Assembly: GCA_963575745.1 (NCBI GenBank)
Contig: CAUYUJ010000002.1
Location: 1,240,001 to 1,304,000, forward strand
Direction: 5' to 3'
DNA length: 64,000 nucleotides
DNA from: Prorocentrum cordatum
Taxonomy: Eukaryota
Shown: one piece after another, positions 57,691 to 64,000 of the stretch
How positions within the stretch are numbered: position 1 is the first letter of the stretch
Layout: every line of letters begins with the position of its first letter
Notes under the pieces: generated by a model
The model's database searches: none
What the model was told of the DNA's origin: nothing
Seen by the model: the letters and a program-made list of their open reading frames with translations, nothing else
Made by a program: the position numbers and the translations under genes

Positions 57691-58551
57691 TTGCTTTCCT
57701 AGATGCTCCAACTCCTAGGTAGTGTCGCACTGGGATAATTCCGTGTTTCGCTCCCCTATCGTTCCACACAGGCAGATTCTGAGGCCACCGGCGGAGTTCA
57801 ACCTCGAACGTTCGCGGCGGAGTCGCAGTCAAGTCGGGGCGACGCGAACCTGCCGCAGCGCAGGAGGAGGGACGGAGGAGGCGGAGGCGGAGGTGGAGGA
57901 GGAGAAAGGAGGAAGAGCCCTCCCGCGTCCCCTGGAAGCCACCCAGGGAAGGGGGGGGGGCGGCGGGCGCGGCGGCGCCCACTGAGACTGAACCCTCGTG
58001 ACATTAGTTCAGTGCCATACCCGCAAGAGAGACACAAGCCGTCGCACTCTGCTACACAATAGCTGGGGAACTTCATCTGCATCCGCCCAAGTTCGGCACC
58101 ATAGGGCTCACCATTATTTCGACCACATGCTTCGGGTATCTTCTGACCCGGGCCAATCCAGACCCGGGTCAGTCAGGCCTTGCAGAATCCTCCAAGATCC
58201 TGCACCCGAACCCAGGTCGATGCGAAGAAATCCTGCAAGACCCTGCAGGACCCTGCACCCAGACCCGGGTCAGTGCGACCCTGGCCCTGCAGGATCCTGC
58301 AAGATCGGGCGCTCTGGCTGACCCCCGGTTTCAACAACCTGTTGATGATGCAACCGCCTCCAGCCAGCGTGCGCACGGCGACGAGGCGGTGGCGGAGGTG
58401 GAGGAGGAGGAGGGAGAAGGAGCCCCTCCCGCGGAGGATGTTAATGTTGATGTTAATGTTGAGGAGGAGAGCAGGGGGAGACCCTCCCGCCTCCCGCGGC
58501 CCCTGGAAGCCTCCCACGGAGAGGGGGTGGGCGCGGCGGGCGCGGCGGCGC

Positions 58552-58712
58552 CTCCGGCCAGCGCGCGCACGGCGAAGAGGCCCATGCCCGCGCCCCGGAT
58601 GCGCGAGGGGCGCACCGCCACCTCGCCGCCGCCGCGGGGGGCACCGTCTGCGCCGCCGCCGCCGGGGTCGTCGTCGGGGCAGGCGGGCCCAGCGACGAAC
58701 CCCGGAGGGGCC
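58552..58712 (-). CDS. SET-domain protein, exon 4 (...EVAVRPSRIRGAGMGLFAVRALAG)
   Basis: SET N-terminal motif V-x-x-S-x-I-x-G-A-G-x-G-L-F-A; TTCCAG|G acceptor; GGAG|GC donor. Confidence 0.9.
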
Positions 58713-59100
58713 CTGGAATCAGAGCACGACAGCTTCGTGTCGTATCAGTACTGGACCTAAAACTAACGTTGTGTTTCGTCTTGTCTTCGCTTTGTGGTTC
58801 GTTTTGCTCTATACCGTGTTCCCTTGCCTCCCTCCCAAACGAAAAACAAAGCACAGCCGGAGTCCAGCAGAACAGCGTTTAGGTCCAGCCCTGTGTCGTG
58901 TAGACCCTAGCGTTTGGTTCCTGACATCGCGGGGATCGTTCAACCTTTAACGATCGGTGGTTCCCGCAACGTCCGATCCTTCAACATCGACTCCTATCCC
59001 CGACTTCGTGGGATTTTCGGATGGGCCAGGGATTTGGACCCCAGTCCTATGATACACGAGGGGGGCGTCCATCCTCGATATGGGGTGCGTCCGAATAGCC

Positions 59101-59258
59101 TTAGGTCGGGCATGTCCTCCTACAGGCAGATCTTGGAAGGGAAAAAGAATAATACTCAAACAAATCCCAAATCCACAAAAATGATAGAAAAGTGGTCCCC
59201 ATACCATTTTTTGATTATTTTTGAATGCTCATCCTGTAGAGGGACAGGCCCGACTTAA
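59101..59258 (+). mobile_element. MITE family 1, full copy
   Basis: TTAGGTCGGGCATGTCCTCCTACAGG...CCTGTAGAGGGACAGGCCCGACTTAA. Confidence 0.9.
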
Positions 59259-60021
59259 GAATAGCCCCCTGGGGGTGTGTCCAAGGATTTTCGAGTCTTT
59301 CTAAGCGGCCGGATTTTCCGGCGGAGCTCGGGAAGGATTGGGGGAGAAAAGTCGCCTGCGACGTGAGCGCCCCTTAGCCTTCTCGGCTGGGGTCTCCCCC
59401 TCTGGGAGTCATGACCGGAGGGGGCGGGATTCTCCATCCACCTCCAACTGGTCATCGCTCGGACGTCCATTTCCCGTGACTGTTCTTTATGTCGCGCATG
59501 TGTTTTCCCCGGTTTCCCCACGGTAGATGCTCCTCAATGGCCCTCGCCGAGGAAATGCACACGTCCGAGCGATGCCAAGCCAAGGTACGGAGCCGAAGCG
59601 CGCGTTGGCGCGTCCGCTCTGCGCTGTTCAGGAGGCTACGGAGTCCATAGGGTCCAAAGTCCAAGGGGGTACCAAAGTCCATAGAGTCCGAGGTCCATAG
59701 AGTCCAAAGTCCAAAGAGTCCATCGAGCCCATAGGGTGTTTGCTGAGCCCCCGGTCCCACAAACGACGACGAAGGACAGCGACGGCGGCGAGAGCGACGG
59801 CGACGGTGGCGGCGGCGACAGCGCGGCGTCGGGGACAGCGGGGCGGCGGCGGCGAGGGGGGAACCAACGAATCATCCACCTCCGCGACCTCCCCTCCCTC
59901 GCTCCACTCGTCCTCTCCCCTCCGTCTCTCCCTTCGCAATCCGCCACTCCATTCCGCCTTCCCCTCCTCATGCTCCTCCTACTCCTCCTAATTCAAATCC
60001 TGAATGATAGTCCTCCTCCTG

Positions 60022-60075
<54 letters not shown>

Positions 60076-60531
60076 CATCATCCGCATCATCAGCATCATC
60101 AGCATCATCAGCAGCAGCAGCAGCATCAGCATCAGCATCAGCATCATCATCGTCATCGTCATCATCATCAGCATCCTCAGATTCTTTATCATCGCCATCA
60201 TCAGCATCATCATCAGCAGCATTGTCAGCAGCATCATCAGCATCAGCATCAACATCAGCATCTGTAGCAGCACCATCATAACCATCAGCATCAGCATCAC
60301 CACCATCATCAACACCATCAGCAGCATCATCGTCATCATCATAATCAGCCTCATCATCATCAGTAACATCAGCAACGTCAGCATCATCGTCATCATCATC
60401 AACAGCACCATCAGCATCGTGGTCATCGTCATCGTCATCGGTATCGTCATCGTCATCATCATCAGCAGCAGCATTAGCATCATCATCATCATCATCATCA
60501 GCATCACCATCAGCATCGTCATCGTCATCGG

Positions 60532-60577
<46 letters not shown>

Positions 60578-61099
60578 GTCGTCATCATCATCATCATCAT
60601 CGCCATAATCATCATCATCATCATCAGCAGCATCATTATCAGCGACAGCATCATCAGCATCAGCATCAACATCAGCATCGGCATCAGCATCAGCAGCACC
60701 ATCAGCATCGACATCACCATCATCATCAACATCATCAACATCAACAATATCCTCATCATCATCATCATCATCAACATAAAGAGCATGATCATCATCATCC
60801 GCAATCCTGCTCATGTTCCTATGCTTCCCCTCCCGCCCGATTGGTCCTCGTCCTCGGTCGTCGTCGTCGTAGTCATGATCCTCCTGCTTACGAGTTCTCC
60901 TCCTCATCTACCTGTTCCCCCTCTTCCACCCTCCTGGTCCTCGTCCTCGATCGTCTTCCTCCTCCTCCTCCTCATCATTCTTCGCCCTCCTCCACATCCT
61001 CTTCCTCCTCCTCTTCCTCCTCCCTCCCCTCCTCCAACCCTCCCTCCCTCCCACTCGAGTTCCCCCTGCCCCCCTCCCCCATCCCCCTTCACCTCCCCC

Positions 61100-61990
61100 T
61101 TCGACGACGACCAAACAATTGGTCGAGGGACCACTCACTCAAGACCGATCGACGACCAACGACCGACAACCAACTACCGACGACGGACGACCGCCTGCGA
61201 TGACGACGATGGCACCACTTGGTCGACCGACCGACCGGCGGCCGACCCACAACCGACGACACACAGTTAACAAGATAGGACGATCGACCGACGGCAGACA
61301 ACCAGCAACCGACGACAAAGTACACGCCATCGACGACCATCGGCCGACGATGGGCGACAGACGACCAACAGCGATGATGACGACAGCCCCGCCAACCGAT
61401 TTAGTCGACCGACCGACAGACGGCCGACCGACGACCACGACATACAGCCAACAACCTAGGACGAAAGACCGATGACTGACAACCAACAAGCGACGACACC
61501 ACACACAGCCGACGACCGTCGGCCAACGATGGGCGACAGACGACCGACGGCGAGATTGATGACGGCGCCGATGACCAACTTGGTCGGCCGACCGGCAGAC
61601 GGCGGGCCGACGACAGACATTCAACAACATAGCACGAACTACCATCAGCAGACGACCAACAACTGACGACAAATTAACTACAGGGCAGGTTTTAGTACAT
61701 ACGATTTTTAAAATGTTCGGATTTTAATGCATGATTAATTTATGCATAAAAAATGCGTGAACTCATCCTTGTAGTTATTAATCAACAATCAACCCCTTAT
61801 TGATAATACATGGTCCGCACGCGGAGCATGTATTAAAAACGGCACTGTACACACAACCGACGACCATCGGCAGACGATGGACGACGACGACCGACGGCGA
61901 TGATGATGGCAACGACGACGACCGATTGGTTAACCGACCGACCGACGACCGACCGACGATCGACGACCAACTACTGACGGCGGACGGCAG
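61100..61990. repeat. CGAC-rich degenerate tandem repeat (~180-bp unit) interrupted by an AT-rich insert at ~61675-61850
   Basis: GACGACC.TCGGCC.ACGATGGGCGACAGACGACC recurs at ~61333 and ~61512. Confidence 0.7.
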
Positions 61991-62149
61991 AATACCGACG
62001 ACCACGACGCAGGATCAGTCAACATCGAATCAGGAATTCGGATCGAATCGTGATGTGCGTCGGATCGGACTGCACTTGCACAACGTCGGAGTCGAATCGG
62101 ATCGACCGTGGCAAGATGCACAGGGCGCCATGCAAGCATCGGGCCGCAC

Positions 62150-62590
62150 CTGGTCGCAGGAATTCAGAATCCGCATCGTAGTGGGCCAGGCGAAATCCGC
62201 CGACCCTGTCGGCGTGTGAGGGGGTTTTCGTTTGAATCGTCGTCGTTGTCGTCGTCGCCGCTGGGTCGCAGGAATTCTGAATACGCATCGTGCTGGGCCA
62301 GCCGAAATCAACCGACCCTGTCGGCGTGTGAGGGGATTTTCGTTTGAATCGTCGTCGTCGTCGTCGCCGTTGGATCGCAGGAATTCTGAATCCGCATCGT
62401 ACGGGCCCAGCCGAAATCAGCCGACCCTGTCGGCGTGTGAGGGGATTTTCGTTTGAATCGTCGTCGTCGTCGTCGCCGTGGGTCGCAGGAATTCTGAATC
62501 CGCATCGGCCAGCCGAGAAATCAGTCGACCCTGTCGGCGTGTGTGAAGGGGTTTTCATTTGAATCGTCGTCGTCGTCGACGTTGTCGCCG
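62150..62590. repeat. Tandem repeat, ~110 bp x 4
   Basis: TCGCAGGAATTCTGAATCCGCATCG...CCGACCCTGTCGGCGTGTGAGGGG repeated. Confidence 0.9.
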
Positions 62591-62615
62591 TGACCGCTCC
62601 CCCCTCCCTGTACGT

Positions 62616-62764
62616 TTAGGTCGGGCATGTCCTCCTACAGGCAGAATTTTGACGAAAAATAAGAAATACCCCAAATGCTTCAAACGTACTTTAAAACATA
62701 GTCCCCATACTATTTTTCTACTATGTTTGATTTTTCCTCCTGTAGAGGTACGCGCCCGACTTAA
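62616..62764 (+). mobile_element. MITE family 1, full copy
   Basis: Both TIRs present; core similar to the 59101 copy. Confidence 0.9.
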
Positions 62765-62964
62765 CTGTACGTGGGCCCTCCTCTTCAGACGTCTCAGCCA
62801 CAGAGCATTCGAGCATCACCGCAACCGAGTCGAGGGGACGCCTCTTCTCGTTGATCCCTCCCCAGCGGGGGCGGAGGGGGAGGGGGGCCCCGGGGGGTGA
62901 CCCATCACAGTGGGGGGAGCACCCCTTCCTGGGTAAAGCTTCCCCCCCCCTTTCGATTTCTTGC

Positions 62965-63017
62965 CTCACAGACGCCTCGGGCGCCCCCGTCAGGGTCGGC
63001 GGCACCGGCCGCAAGGC
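62965..63017 (-). CDS. SET-domain protein, exon 3 (ALRPVPPTLTGAPEASV-R)
   Basis: AG|G acceptor, AG|GC donor, phase 0 in and phase 2 out, fits exon 4. Confidence 0.7.
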
Positions 63018-63367
63018 CTTCACAATTGACATCATATCGCCCAGCCCACAAAATCTTCCAGTAGAAGTACATGCCCGACTTGAGTCTGGACGCCTTTTCC
63101 GGGACCGGTCTTTTATCCCGAGTTGTTTTTGGACAGTCCTGGAACCAGTGGAGGCCGAAAGCTCCCAAAAGCCTCCCATCGTGATGTCCTCACAGAGAGA
63201 AAGAAAGGAAGTGGGCGAAACAGACCGACAGGACTGAAGTGTGCCCTGAGAGGACGGCGCCGACGACGGCAGCGATCGACGGCGACGACTGACGTCGGCG
63301 GCGGCGCCGCGACGCGACGAGGTGGGGCCGCCGTCGATTGCCAACGATGCGCCCCCACACGCTTCGC

Positions 63368-63407
63368 CTTGGCGGCGCCCTGGGCGACCTTGCGCCCGGG
63401 CGGGGTC
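63368..63407 (-). CDS. SET-domain protein, exon 2 (TPPGRKVAQGAAK)
   Basis: AG|G acceptor, AAG|GC donor, GC3-rich codons, phases match both neighbours. Confidence 0.7.
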
Positions 63408-63830
63408 CTCGAGGGCGCCGGCGGGGAGGGGGAAGCAGAAGGAGGAGGAGAACGACGAGGGATGAGGAATGAGCGGAAGGGGACGGAGGAGAGATGAATG
63501 CATCAACCGCTCGCGCGAGCGACTGGCTTCTGCTCTCCAGCAAGAGGGACGCAAAGCGCCTGGCTGTGACCTCCTCTCCCACCACCTCCTCTTCCTCCTG
63601 CTCCTCCTCCTCCTCCTCCTCCTCCTGCTCCTGCTCCTCCTCCTCCTGTTCCTGCCGTTCCTCCTCCTTCTCCTCCTCGTCCTCCCCCCCCTCATCCTCC
63701 TCCTGCTCCTCCTCCTCCTCCTCCTCCTGCTCTTCCTCTTCCTCTTCCTCCTGCTCCTCCTCCTCCTCCTCCTCATCCTCCTCCTGCTCCTCCTCCACCT
63801 CCTGCTCTTCCTCAACCCGCTCTCCCTGTC

Positions 63831-63871
63831 CTGGGCGCCCTCGCCCCGCGGCGCTGCGCGGAGGCGGCCAT
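63831..63871 (-). CDS. SET-domain protein, exon 1 (MAASAQRRGARAP-R)
   Basis: GCG-ATG-G start context, GA donor, phase fits exon 2. An upstream AG|G at 63947 could be a trans-splice or cis acceptor, so further upstream coding cannot be excluded. Confidence 0.65.
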
Positions 63872-64000
63872 CGCCCGCGGCAGGGAACCAGCGGGCAGGG
63901 CCGCCGGCCGGGGGGGTCGGCTCGTGGGAGAGGGGGGGGAAGGGCTCCTGCCAGCGATGAGGGCACTCCTCCTCCTGCTCCTCCTGCTTTTCCTGCTCTT

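Noticed and set aside
62150..62590. CRISPR-like periodic repeats (also 2661-2941)
   Set aside because: Whole units repeat with no unique spacers, there are no cas genes, and the context is eukaryotic.

Overview
High-GC eukaryotic genomic DNA, most consistent with a dinoflagellate: GC/GA splice donors, AG|G acceptors, tiny exons, and very large GGA/CAT/CTA microsatellites. Most entries in the ORF track are repeat artefacts. By hand, almost the whole window resolves into one minus-strand host gene encoding a SET-domain lysine methyltransferase. It has 12 visible phase-compatible exons (723 nt in total) spread over about 60.4 kb (63871 to 3490), and a further exon is probably hidden in the N gap. 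Its introns are filled with non-LTR retrotransposons, an LTR gag remnant, a decayed DNA transposase, several MITE/foldback families and satellites. The most unusual system is a non-LTR family present in 3 copies, one nearly intact at 28202-33936. It has no upstream ORF1, starts with a 5'-terminal hairpin, and encodes APE-RT-zinc finger. A second ORF starts downstream of the zinc finger and overlaps the pol frame. The intact copy sits inside (TCC)n microsatellite. All calls are from manual reading; no database searches were run.
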